From: Caecitellus pseudoparvulus
Taxonomy: Eukaryota; Protista; Bigyra: Bicosoecida
Direction of reading: 5' to 3'
NCBI GenBank assembly: GCA_965644315.1
Contig: CBFFRQ010000019.1
Span: 418,057-482,056 of the forward strand
DNA length: 64,000 nt
Shown here in pieces: positions 11,505-23,000 of the stretch; within the stretch, counting starts at the first letter, position 1; the number at the start of each line of letters is the position of its first letter. The position numbers and the translations under genes were made by a program. The notes below the pieces were generated by a model. That model ran no database searches. It saw only the letters and a program-made list of their open reading frames with translations, and was not told the DNA's origin.

Positions 11505-12721
11505 GCTGGCTCGTGATTCATAATTCCGGCCTGTCTAGCAAGGATAAGCAGGCCTTGGGCACCGCTGCCCGCGCCTGTGCACCTCAGCCTCGGCGCTTGC
11601 TGCCATGCCATTCACCTGGCCCGTGTAGCGGAAGACAGCCCGCAAACATCAGTTCGCCGTCGATGGCACTCTGCCCCGCGCCCAATGACCAAGTATTCCA
11701 CCCACCCTCTCAACTTGTACCGTACTTCATTCCGCGGCCTTGGCTGCATGCGTTCATGCCCCTGGATGGGCGTGCTTGCAGCATGCGCCGGCGCGGTGCA
11801 TGGGCGCTGCAGGGCTGCAGCACACCGCGCCGCGCCGGCGCACCTACCGCCCTGGCCGCCCCGCCCCGCAACGCACGGACTTGCCTTGCCAATGTACATA
11901 CCGTGACCCTTCACCCCCGTGCATTGGCACGCGCTCTGTGTGACTTGGCCAGCGCAAACCGCCTGTCCTGTCGACCAACGCAGCCACCGCGCTCAAACCC
12001 TTCGAGTTGCTTGTGAGCGCGGGCCGAGGGCGAGCAAGTGCTTCGCAGGTGCTGACCCGGACCAGAGACTGTGCATTCTCGCATCACGCTGCAGCACTGC
12101 GCCATGGGCAGTTGTGTCCAGCACTAGCATCCTCCACTGCCATGCGCTGCGTCGCTGCAGTTCCAAACCCAACGTTGCCACGCAGAGCGGCAAAAAACGG
12201 GCGGCATGCTGGGTGGCGTACCAGGGCCTGTCCACTGGCAGCACCCTCGTGATCAGGGTCTCCAAGCACGTAGCTGGCTCATCAATCACAAGGCACTGCC
12301 TGCTGCAGCGCAAGGCGCGAGCAAGGCGGAGTTTGTGCAGCGTTGGAAAACAGTGCTGAAACGCCGTCTAGCACACTGCCTGCCGTCCACACACGCACAC
12401 GCTGCAGGCGACGGCGCAGCCACATGTCAAGGTAAACTTGAAGAAAACATGGCACGGGCGTGTTCTGGAACAGTGGGGGGCGCGGCCAGGGCCGCTGCCT
12501 CGGCGGCAACGCTGGGCTTGATGAGCCTGGGTGCGGAGACGAGGCTTCTCTCTGCCCGACTTCGAAACTGCGCTGCAGCGCGGAGGATCGCAAGCAGCCG
12601 CTTGGGCGCCGAGTCAATGCAAAAGAGGCCTCTTCTTGGCTTGGTTGCTGCTTTCTCAGCCCTCTGCGCCCAGCCTCAGCTGCAGAAGTGGCAGAAAACT
12701 GGCGCGCCTTCGCGCACTGGC

Positions 12722-14569
12722 TCAGCGCGCAGCGGAGCCGGCACCCGCAGAGGCCGGCGCGGCGGTGCCAGCAGCCTTGTTGGCGCTCATCTCCAGAGAC
12801 AAGCGTGCGTACAGCTCCTCCTCGTCGCTGGAGACGTCCTCATCCTCCGCCACCGCCGTGGCTAGGAGGGCATCTTCAGCCTCGGGAAGGGGAAATCGAA
12901 GGATGGCCGCCACGCCGCCCAGCTCGCCCAGCTGCTGCCCTGATGCATGCTGTGTGGAAAACACGTGCACCTTGCCCCCTGCCGCCTGCGTGTCCTCGGA
13001 CAGGCGGATGTTTGCGGCGCGCTGCGCGAGATCAGCTGCTCGAAACTGGTCGTCGGCGATGAGCAGCGTCTCCACAGCGCCGCGCTCAACGGAGTACGCG
13101 ACAAATCGGTGGCCATACATGGCCCGTTCGGCATCTGTGTGCAGCAACTCGAAGAAACGCTTCAGCGCCATCACCTGTGCAGTCGGGAGCGCGTTTCTGT
13201 GCAACTGCTCTCGGGGTCGCTTGCGGCAATGACCAGATGGAATGCTCTCGCTGCGCCCGCTGCACAGACGTACCTGCGCCGCTGCCTTGGTGTCCTGCAG
13301 CAATTTCGCAACGGAGGGCTCAGCCAAGGCCTCGCTGAGGGCTTGCGTGCCGCCGCCACTCGTGTGCACTTGCAGGAACTTGCTCTTGTTGTGGAGCAGC
13401 GCTGCCAAGCCCTGGCGAGCGGCCTCTTCGAAAATGTACCTGCGAGGCGAGCAGCGAGGGGCGTGCGCCGCGGCGCAGGGACGCCAAGCCAGCACAGTAC
13501 AGTGCCTGCAACTGTCACCCTGCCTGCGCAGTGGCTCACGCACGCATGCACTTCTTCCCGCACAAAGCCCGGCGACGCCAGCAGCACCGCCTTGACCTTG
13601 TCGAAGTCCACATGCTGCAGCAGCGCCGCGATGATGCTGTCCATGAACTTCTTCTGCGCCTTGTCGTGGCCAGAGCCGCCTGAGCGCCGCTTGGGGATGT
13701 TCACCTGCACGCCGGGAAGGAGGGGGCAGCGGCAGGTGCAGTGCCGGACACGCCAGGGCCAGACCAGGGCGGCGGCACACCCACATCGATTTGGGCCCGC
13801 ACGATGCTCAGCTCGCCCTTCAGCAGCACCAGCGTCGCACTTCCAGACGACAGCAGCAGGGCTGCCAAATCGGCAGAGCCAGCCAGCTGCGTAAGGGCGT
13901 GTGGCGGCGGGGTGAGCGTGGGCGAGGCACGGTGATGGCGCGTGGCGCAACGCACGTCTGTGGCGGCTTTCAGGCGCTCCTTGGACACAGCATCCCACGT
14001 CGCCTTCTCCACGGTGAACTTGCGGTCCACAGCCAGCTCGATGGAGTGGTACGAGCCCATCTGGCGTGGCGGCGGGCAGAGAGAGGCATCAGTGCGAGCG
14101 GATGGGGGGGGTGGACAGGGGGGCAGGGGGGGCTCACCGGCACGAAGCGGTTCTGGCTGACACACGGCCCCTTGACACGCAGACTGCCGCCCTCCACGTC
14201 GTAGTCCATGCCCTCCACCTGGCAAGAGGGGGGGGGGTCAAGGGGTGTGCGGCAGGGGGGGGGGTGCCACACCACCTGAAGCATACCTGGATGGACAGCG
14301 TGATGGCCTTGCGCTCAGTGCTGGTGGAGCCAGAAGAAGACTCCCGCGTGATCTGCGCTTCGAGGCGTGTGTGGGTGTGTGAGGGGGGGTGCGAGGGGTG
14401 GGCGAGGGGGGGGCACGAGGGGACGCACCTTGCGGAATGTGCCGCCTGTGATGGTGTCTCCCACAGAAATGAGGTTGTACGCGTGCCACAGGTCCTCGTC
14501 CTCCTCTGCCAGCAGAGTGATGCTGCCAGAGACTCCACCTCCAGTGAGGTGTTTCTTCAGCACGCGCAT
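12722..14569 (-). CDS. PELO: Pelota/Dom34 ribosome rescue factor
   Basis: EEDEDLWHAYNLISVGD, MGSYHSIEL, ASPGF, HASGQQLGELGGVAAILRFPL. Eight exons inferred: 14569-14429, 14352-14287, 14218-14138, 14060-13956, 13886-13785, 13704-13544, 13439-13274, 13174-12722; all introns GT-AG. Confidence 0.95.
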
Positions 14570-14809
14570 GGCGCTTGGGAAGGCTGCTGGCGAGAGGCGA
14601 GGCGGCGCCTGGTGTTGCTGCAGTGCAGTTTCCGCAGGCCAAGCGCACTGCGAGGTTCAGGGCTCTGAACGTGACCGCGACGGTTGCACAGAGCGGGGGT
14701 CGGCGAAGTGAAACACGGCGGGATGATGATCAAGCTGCATTGTGCAGTCATGGCTCACTTGCACACAGAACTCGTGCCGCTCGTCCATCGCCTCGCTCAC
14801 TCTGCACCT

Positions 14810-17147
14810 TCACGCCCACGAAAACAGCTCCTCCGCACCCTCGTCCTCCCGGTCGGGCAGGCGGGCATACCTCTGCAACAACCCATACAACTTGCGCATG
14901 GCGGCCTTGGAGCGCCGCAGCTGCTCCTCCGCCCCCTCCAGCAACGCGCCCCGCCCCGTGGCATACGCAGTCATGCGTTTGAGGGCGTTCTCCGTCTGTG
15001 ACAGACGCTGGCGCAGGTGGGCTGCTTCCTCCACATTGGCCACGGCCACGGCTTCTGCTTCCCTTGCGCGCTCCTCAGCTGCCTGAGCAGCGGCCTGGGC
15101 CGCTTGCACGGACTGCTGCCCAGCTTGCTCTCGGCGCACGGCTGCAGCGTAGCGTTGCAGGAGCGTGCGCATTTGCTGCGCCGCTGCCCGCGAGAGGGCT
15201 GCAGGACTGAAGAGCTGTGGCACCTTCGCATCTTGCCCTGTGCGGCGCAGGTCGCGCATAAGTTGCAGGATGCCCGTTGGCGCGGGGTTTGCGTTGGGGT
15301 TTTCTGAGCCGGCGTTTCCTGCACCGCCCAACGCGGCCTGCACCCTTTCAGCCGGCACAGTGACGCTGGCCAGCGCATTGGTGCGCACATCCCCCGTGAC
15401 AGTCGTGCCACGCACTCGGGACTTGGTCTTTTTCGGCTTGGCGCCGCCCCTTGCGGAGGAGGCGTGCTTGGCTGCTGCGCTGCCACGCCGTGCGGAGCGA
15501 GGCCTTCGCGCCGCAGTTGGTGACTTGCCGGCGCCCACTGCAGCGGGCGCTGCCGCTCGGCGTGAGCCGACACGTGCCTTCACGCGTTTCATCCGCGCAG
15601 TGTGGGAGGAAGCATCGGCAGCGCTGGGCGTGGGTGGAGGTGGGCCCAGCGCGCCGGGTGCTGCGGATTCCCGAGGCGGCGTGATGGCGTCTGGCGCAAT
15701 GCGCAAGTACAGCTTCAGCAGGTCCCTGTACCCCACACCGCCGGCGTCCATGACTTGTTCCCGTTCAAGGCGTTTGATGCGGTCGAAACCCCGCCGCGCG
15801 CCCTGGTCTGCCGCCGCCTGCGTCGGGCTTGGGGAGAGCTTGTCCGCTGTGAAACGCGCGAAACGCAGCGCGTCTGCCCGCGAGAACCCCGCCAACTCCG
15901 CCTCCCCCTTCATGAGCGCCCGGGAAACGATGTCCCCCAGGTTTTGCGGCACAGTCCAGCTCTCAGGGCCCAGGTTCGCCTTCACGAACTCCCGAAAGGC
16001 TCGCCCGCTGGCGGTGACTTCCGCCTCGCCGCCCGTCAGCGTGTGATGCCCTGTGCGCTCCGCCAGCGCAGCCATACCGCGGGCATTCAGGACGCCCGAG
16101 TGAAATGCATCTCCCTGAGCGTGGATGGCCCGTGCAGCGGCCAGCGGGTACACCTCCGTCAGGGGCAGCAGAGAGGTTGCCGCCGCTTCAGCGTCCAGTG
16201 CGGCTGGATCGTCAGCTGACGTGCCCCGCCCCGCCGCCAGGCGAGCGATGGCGACTTTGGCAGCGGCAGCACCCGCATCCACCTGCCCTGCCCGCACCCC
16301 GCCCTCTCCCACCACGCCGAACCCCATCTCTCCAAACGCTGTCAGCACGTCCACGCCAGCCTGCAGAGCAGCTAACTCCGCTGGCTCGCTGGCCTCCTCT
16401 GAGCTGCCGTGGCGGCGGGGGGCGGCGGTGGGGCTGGCCACTCCCGCGTGCAAATTCCGCACTTGACTCCGCAGGTCCCCCACCGTGCGTTCCAGGAACC
16501 GGTTCTGCGCCGTCAACCCCGCTACCTGCCGCAGGAGGGAGGTGACAGCGGCACCGGTGGGCCCACCCCCCGCATGGGCTGCGTCACCGTCTGCCGACTG
16601 CTCAAGGGAGTGCGTTGGGAGCTGCAGAGACCCCTCGGCGCCGCGTGTGGCGGACACATACGACCCCGAACCGGCGGGTGACTCGCGCAATGCCGCTGCG
16701 GTGATGGCTGACGCGTCCAGGGGCGCGCTGGCTGGGGACTGGTGGGCTGGTGAAGGGGGGATGAGACTGGCTGCCCACGCCTCATGTTGTGCTTGGGCTT
16801 GCTGATCTTGCCTGTGCCAGTCTGTGTGGGCGAAGGGGGGGGGGTGGCGAGGTGAGGCTTGCGCGGGCGTGTTCGATTTCCGCACCTTCGGCCATGGAGG
16901 CGGAGAGCGCGTCGCCCTGTGGCGCGTGCAGCATGCCCGCCTTGAACAGTGTGCTGTCTCGCAGGGCCTCTGTCATGGCGCGCCCGTCGCTCCTGCGCTC
17001 CGCTGCGGCGTGGGCCTGTGAGGCGGTCGCACGCGACGCGGCGTCACCCACGACACGCCGCGCAGGGCGTGAGGCGCCGCCTGGTGGCGACGAAAGGTCG
17101 CGCCGGGGGATGGTGCGCCCAATGGGCGAGCTGGGCATAGCTGCCAT
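14810..17147 (-). CDS. hypothetical coiled-coil protein
   Basis: 691-aa ORF with heptad-rich segments (VTSLLRQVAGLTAQNRFLERTVGDLRSQVRNL; C-terminal A/E/Q/R-rich). Upstream exon 17147-16886 joins in frame via intron 16885-16822. Confidence 0.6.
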
Positions 17148-17617
17148 GCGGCGTGTGGCACCAGTGCGTGTGTGTGTGGGGGGGGGGGGGGCACTGCTGG
17201 CTGGGCCGGTGTACCAGTGGTGTGGCGGCTGGAGGGTGGGGGTGCTGGTGCCAAGCTGGCACGTGCAGTGCCCGTTGGAGCCTAGCGAGGGGGTGGATTG
17301 TGCGCTGCAAGCATGGAAGGGGGGCGTCTGCGGCGGACGGGGAGGGGTTTGAGGGGGGGAGACGGAGCACCGGCCACTGCAGGCGAGCCCACACCAGCAC
17401 AACGCACAATTAAATGCCCAGACAGCCCACGTCTACCTTCACTTTCGCACTTCACCATGGCCACGGCACACTTGCACAGGCCCGCACCACTGCCAAGCCA
17501 TCAGCACCGTGCACGGTGGGCGTGAACCAGGCCCTGCATCGCTCGCCTGAACCACGCGCTGGCCAGTCCCCGGCACCTGTACCGGCTGTTCTCCACACAT
17601 TGCACCACCTCGCCAGC

Positions 17618-19705
17618 ATGAGCTACCGGTCGTGGCTGGAGCAGGGGCAGCAAGGCGTGCAAGTGCTGCAGGGTCAATTTCCGCCAGTCCACGCCAGTCC
17701 ACGCCCTCCGCCTGCACCGCCCCTTCGCAGGTCTTCCTCTGGGGGGTGGGGCCAAGCACGAGTTCTGCCGTCTCACACCAGCTTCACTAGTGCCCCTGCA
17801 GTGCACGTTCCCATGGCGCAGCTGCGGACTGCAGGACCCGCAACCGCCCACCCTGCCGCACCGCCCACGCCAGACTTCGCAGCAGCTGCCAATTCGAGTA
17901 AGTTTTTGACGCCTGGAATGAGGGATTTCCTCACCACTGTCCGCACGTCCCCGCTGTTCCCGCCCGCGGCGGTGCGCTTCACGGAGCGAAACGTCGCCAA
18001 CGCCAGCAGCACCAGCCACATGAACGAAGTGCACCGCCGCCTACACGCACTGTTCAACTCCCTGCACTCTGCCAACCGACTGCTGACGAAGGATTTCTCC
18101 ACGGAGCCCCTTGTGCCGGCGCCAGCACCCACTGCGCCACTCGCTGCGGCGGCTGCAACGCGAGAAACGCAGCGGCACCCAACCACACAGCCTAGCACTG
18201 CTCCTGCTGCGTCCACGTACAGGCCCCAGCGCGGGTACACGCCACTTCAAGCGGCAACGCGTGCTGCACCGGTAGACACTGCGCCCTATCGGCCAGTGTA
18301 CCAGGCAAGCGACATTCGAGACACGGCGTGGGGGGGCGCTCAGTCAGGCGGCAGTGCACCTGACCCACCACGCCAGCTGCAGCAGCGCCCGACGCGAGCA
18401 GGCTCTGCAGCGAGCGGGGGTGCAAAGCGTCCACGCGCACCCTCCCCCCAACTCACTGGGTACATTCCCCTAACCAAGGCGAGTTACGAGCTTCCGCCGC
18501 CCAAGGCGGCTTCTCCCCGCAAGAGCAAGCGCGCCAGGCGGGAAGAAGCCCGTGCAGCCCGTGCAGAGAAGACCAAAAAGTCCGCCAAAACAAAGAAGGC
18601 AGGCGGCGGTGTGGCGGCGGCGGGTGTGGGCGTTGACCCCGCCTCGAAAGCAGCCCGCGCGCGGCGTTTCAAGGATGACCACCGTGTGCTGCGCAGCGCT
18701 CAGGGCAGCGGCAAGGCTTCCGGGTATGGCAGCATAGTCTTCCAAACCAGTGAGTGGGGGGAGGGCATGGACCTGGACAGCGCCGTGGCGGTGTGCGGCA
18801 CCTCCACGGCGCTTGAAAAGGCCTATTTCCGCCTGAACGCGCCGCCCCAGCCTGAGGACGTGCGCAGTCGCCAGGCGCTGGTGTCCGCGCTGGAACACGT
18901 GCTGGGCCTGTTCAAGGCAGGCGAGCGCACGTACTTGTGGCTGTCTGACCAGCTGAAGGGCATTCGGCAGGACTGTGTCGTGCAGCACTTGGACGACGCC
19001 TTTGTCGTGCGCGTGTATGAGACGCACGCCCGCGAGGCAGTGGCGCACGGCGACATGGTGGAGTTCAACCAGTGCCTGGCCCAACTGCGGCAGCTGTCGA
19101 CGCCACAGGGCCCCGCTTGCCTGGCGGAGTTCGCCGGGTATGAGGTCCTGCACGCCGTGGTGAAGGATGACGCCACTGACACCATGGCTACCCTTCGCAG
19201 CCTGACCCCCGCCCAGCTGGCCTCGCCAGAAGTGCGCCACGCCAATGCCGTGCGAGTGGCGGTGGAAACGTGCAATGTGGGCGCCTTCGTGCGCCTGCGG
19301 GGGTGCGCGCCCCACCACGGCGCCCACATCATGGACCAGGCCGCACACCGCATCCGCAATGCCGCCCTGTCCAGCCTCGTGCACGCCTTCCGCACAGACC
19401 TGCCCCTGAGCTTTGTGCAGGGGCTGCTGGGGCTGCCGAGCGCCTCCAGCACTGTGCGTTTCGTGGAGCACTGCGGGGGCGTCGTGAAGGGGTGGAGGGG
19501 GGGTCGGCCGTGGGCGGAGGGGGGGGGTGTCCTGGATGCTGCAGCGTCAGGGGACACTGCCCCGCACAAGGCCGTGCTGGGGGGTGAGGGCGCGGCAGAG
19601 GATCCGACGTGGGCGTCTGGCGCTGTGCTAGACGTGCGGGCGAGCGGTCGCAGCGTGAAGACGGTGAAGCCGCTGGAGCATCTGGTCGCGAACCGCCTCG
19701 TGTAG
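17618..19705 (+). CDS. SAC3/GANP/THP3-family (LENG8/Thp3-like) PCI protein
   Basis: GTSTALEKAYFRL..P..VR, DQLKGIRQDCVVQH, VYETHAREA..GDMVEFNQCLAQL are characteristic Thp3/LENG8 motifs. Confidence 0.88.
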   Translation: MSYRSWLEQGQQGVQVLQGQFPPVHASPRPPPAPPLRRSSSGGWGQARVLPSHTSFTSAPAVHVPMAQLRTAGPATAHPAAPPTPDFAAAANSSKFLTPGMRDFLTTVRTSPLFPPAAVRFTERNVANASSTSHMNEVHRRLHALFNSLHSANRLLTKDFSTEPLVPAPAPTAPLAAAAATRETQRHPTTQPSTAPAASTYRPQRGYTPLQAATRAAPVDTAPYRPVYQASDIRDTAWGGAQSGGSAPDPPRQLQQRPTRAGSAASGGAKRPRAPSPQLTGYIPLTKASYELPPPKAASPRKSKRARREEARAARAEKTKKSAKTKKAGGGVAAAGVGVDPASKAARARRFKDDHRVLRSAQGSGKASGYGSIVFQTSEWGEGMDLDSAVAVCGTSTALEKAYFRLNAPPQPEDVRSRQALVSALEHVLGLFKAGERTYLWLSDQLKGIRQDCVVQHLDDAFVVRVYETHAREAVAHGDMVEFNQCLAQLRQLSTPQGPACLAEFAGYEVLHAVVKDDATDTMATLRSLTPAQLASPEVRHANAVRVAVETCNVGAFVRLRGCAPHHGAHIMDQAAHRIRNAALSSLVHAFRTDLPLSFVQGLLGLPSASSTVRFVEHCGGVVKGWRGGRPWAEGGGVLDAAASGDTAPHKAVLGGEGAAEDPTWASGAVLDVRASGRSVKTVKPLEHLVANRLV

Positions 19706-20076
19706 GGGGGGTCGATGGGCGGAGTGCGGGTGAGTGCACCGCACACTGCACTGCACAGGCACGCCGCTGGGCAAAATGCAGAATTTTTACACAAGAATGC
19801 ACCTGGACATGGTCTTGGAAGGCTGTCCGCTGGCGCTTGGCACTACGTGCGAAGGGACCCAGGGTGCAAAACAACACACCCGTCGCTGCGACACTCATCT
19901 CGGCAAGGCGACGGTCTCAGGCCCCAGCACTTCAGGTGAGGCGACGTCAGCGGCCTGGCCTACGTATTTGCATGTCTGGCACTTCGCCCCCGCCGCGTTT
20001 CCTGTGCAGAGGGGCTGCCGCGGCTGCAGCGTTTCGCGCAGTGCCTTCCGTTGCAAGCGGCTTGGCAGGGACTGCC

Positions 20077-23000
20077 ATGGCGGCTCCAACTCACTCCACG
20101 GCCGATAGAAGTGCGTAGTTCTGCTCGACAGATGTAGTGTGATTCGAGCAGTGTCCATTTTTCCGCTGTGGTGTGTGCTGCACGTGCTTCACGGGCCGCC
20201 TGCTGCTGCTCCTTGCGCAGGCAGCGGCGGTGTGGCGTTGAGCGACAGCGGCAGTGCCGCCTCGCCCACAGGCCACACACGGCCCGCCAGCGACGACCAA
20301 CACGGCATGTCCCTTTCAGATGGCCTGGGCACGTCCCACACGCTCGGCACGCCGCTGGAGCTGTCTGCGTCCACGGCAGGTGACGGTGCGGAGAGTGCCC
20401 AGCGTGGCAACGGACGAAACGCCGCAGGCACGCCCAGAGCTGACAGCGCCGCCGCCGCCGCAGCATCCGGCGGCATTCCCTCCAACCCGGCCAGTCCTTT
20501 GGCAGGGGCGGTGGCACAGGGGGGACCCGGTGACCCCCACCGCTCCTTCACAGACCACATGCTCCCTGTGTCCCTGGCGTCGGGTGGCACGCACGACAGC
20601 GAGGAGGGGGCGGGGGTGGACTCCCCCACCAGCGCATCCCCGAAACGCAGCAAGGAGGAAAAGAAGGCCCGCAAGGCCGCGAAGAAGGAAAAGAAACGCA
20701 GCAAGGCCCTGGCGCAGCTGGACACGGGGGAAGGCGGTGCAGATGGCAGCCCCCGCAGCGGCAAGACGCCGAAACGCAGCAAGGAAGAGAAGAGGGCCCG
20801 GAAGGCCGCGAAGAAGCAGAAGAAACGCCTGAAAGCCTTGCTGGTGGCGTCCAAGGCCGCCCTCAGTATGCGGGAGGTGCTGGACTCAGAGGGCGCGGCC
20901 TCCACCGTCAGCGTCTCCAGCAGCGGGGGCAGCGAGGGGGGTGCGGAATTTGACCCCTTTGCCCTGCAGGCCAAGTCGCCCAGTGCCGCCCGGGCGAAGG
21001 AGCGCGCCCGTGAGAGGGCCTTGGCCGCTGCCCGCCGGGGTCGCGCGAGCTTCGTAGGCAGCCCTGTCGCGCTGCGACCTGGATCTGCGCCCGCTGAGCG
21101 GGGTGGAGATGGTGGCGGTGCGGTGCATGCGGCAGCCCGCGGTCGCCCCGCCTCCGCCCGACAGGGTGGGGAGGCTGATGTGGGCAGCAGCTCGGAGGAG
21201 GAGGGGGGTGGAGGTATTTTCGTGCGGCAACGGGTGGCCACGGACGGCTCTGCGTCGCAGCGGTCGCACTTTTTGATGGACGAGGGGGAGCGGGGCGGGG
21301 GGGTGGAGACGCCCGCCATTGACGCGCCGGCACCCCGCATCCGCATCCCCCCCTCCCCTGCCAGTGAGGGGGGGGGCATCCTGGACCTGGGGGGGGTCTC
21401 GGGCACCGGCACGGGCACGACGCCCGAGGTCGCACCGCGGGTCGCACTGGACGACGCGGGGCGCCCGCTGCACGTGTCCACCGGACCGGACACCGCCGAC
21501 GGCGGCGATCCTGACGTGTACACGCGGGGCGGCATCCACACAGACGAGCGCCTGCTTGGCGTTGACTCGTCCCCCAAGTTGGTGCGGCATGTGTCAGCGC
21601 CAGCGGGGGGTGGGCCCACGCACGCCGACGAGGAAGGGGCGCTGGCCGGGGGCGTGTCGCCGAAACGCATGGAGTCGGTGCCTGACTCATCGTGGGGCAG
21701 TGCAGGCGTGACGGCGGGGAACAGCTCCATCCCGGGCTACGAAGTGTCGGGGTCGGTGACGCTGGAGGTGGACCACGCCGAGGGTGTGTTCGGGCAACGC
21801 AGCACGCCCGGCCACGAAAAGTGCTACCTGGTCGCACGCGCTGGCGCCTTCAGCGTGGACAGCACTGTGGCGCGGGCGGGTGCCGCTCGCGTCCGGTGGC
21901 AGGAGGACCTGCACCTGGAGGTGGAGGGCGTTTCTCTGCAGGAGTCACTGTGTGTGGCGCTCATGCAGCGCAGCATGGCGGGGGAGCCCGTGCAACTGGG
22001 CGTGGCCAGTCTTGGCCCACTCCCCCCTGACACGTCACGTGAGGTGCCGCTGGCTGACATCCCCATCACCGCCACATCACCCGCCTGCCATGGCGGCACC
22101 CTCCGCATGGCCCTGCGGTGGCTGCCCACTGCTGTGCGACTGCAACGGTTGCAAGAGGCGGCGGCGGCGAAACAGGCGGCAGCCGACGAAGCCGCGGCAC
22201 GATCTCGCGTCGCGCAGCGGTTGCAAGCGCAGTACCGCGGGTGGCAGGGTCGCAGTGCTGCCATGCGACGCCGCGAGCAGGTCGCAGCCGCCGAGAAGGC
22301 GCGGGACCAGGACGCTGCGCTGCGCATTCAAGCCGCCGCCCGAGGTCGCCAGGGTCGGCAGGTCGCGGCAGCTCGTCGCGAGGAGGTCGCACAAGCACAC
22401 GCTCGCCAGCGGGAAGTCGCAGCTGTGCGACTGCAGGCGGCGGAGCGCGGCCGTGCGACGCGAGCACGCGTGCACGCACAGCGGGTCGCAGAGGCCGACG
22501 CGGCGGTGAAACTGCAAGCACTGGCCCGGGGTCGGACAGGCCGCCGTGCTGCCACATCGCGTCGACGGGAGGTGCAAGCTGCCTCGCAGCACGCCGCACG
22601 CCTCGCCCTCATCGACAAGTTGGAGGCAGAGGCGGCAGCAGCGGAGGCGGCTGGGGGTGCAAATTCCGCACCCGGCCCCCGCGGCCTGCTCGTGACGCCC
22701 GACTCGCCCCGGCGGCGCCCTGGCTCGGCCCAGCGCCAGGTGCGTTTCGACGGCGACGGGGAGGAGCGTGGTCGCAGCAGCAGTGACTCGAGCGACGCGA
22801 CCTCCAGCAGTGGTCGGTCGCAGCAGCAACGCAGCACAGTCGCTGCGGGTGGCGAAGTCGGCGGCACCGCACGTCACACGTCCACCCCTGTGCCCCTGGA
22901 TGACGGGTACTCAGACGCAGATGTGTCACGGGGATTGAAGTTCATGCAGCTGTACGGGGGGGATGCGGCGGCGCGGAAACGGCGGGAAACCGCGGGTGCA

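Noticed and set aside
11505-12721. Possible gene between the homeobox gene and pelota
   Set aside because: Only short low-complexity ORFs with no motif or consistent splice model.
12722-14569. Introner-like or non-canonical introns
   Set aside because: All inferred introns are GT-AG and share no evident sequence similarity beyond splice signals and C-rich tracts.
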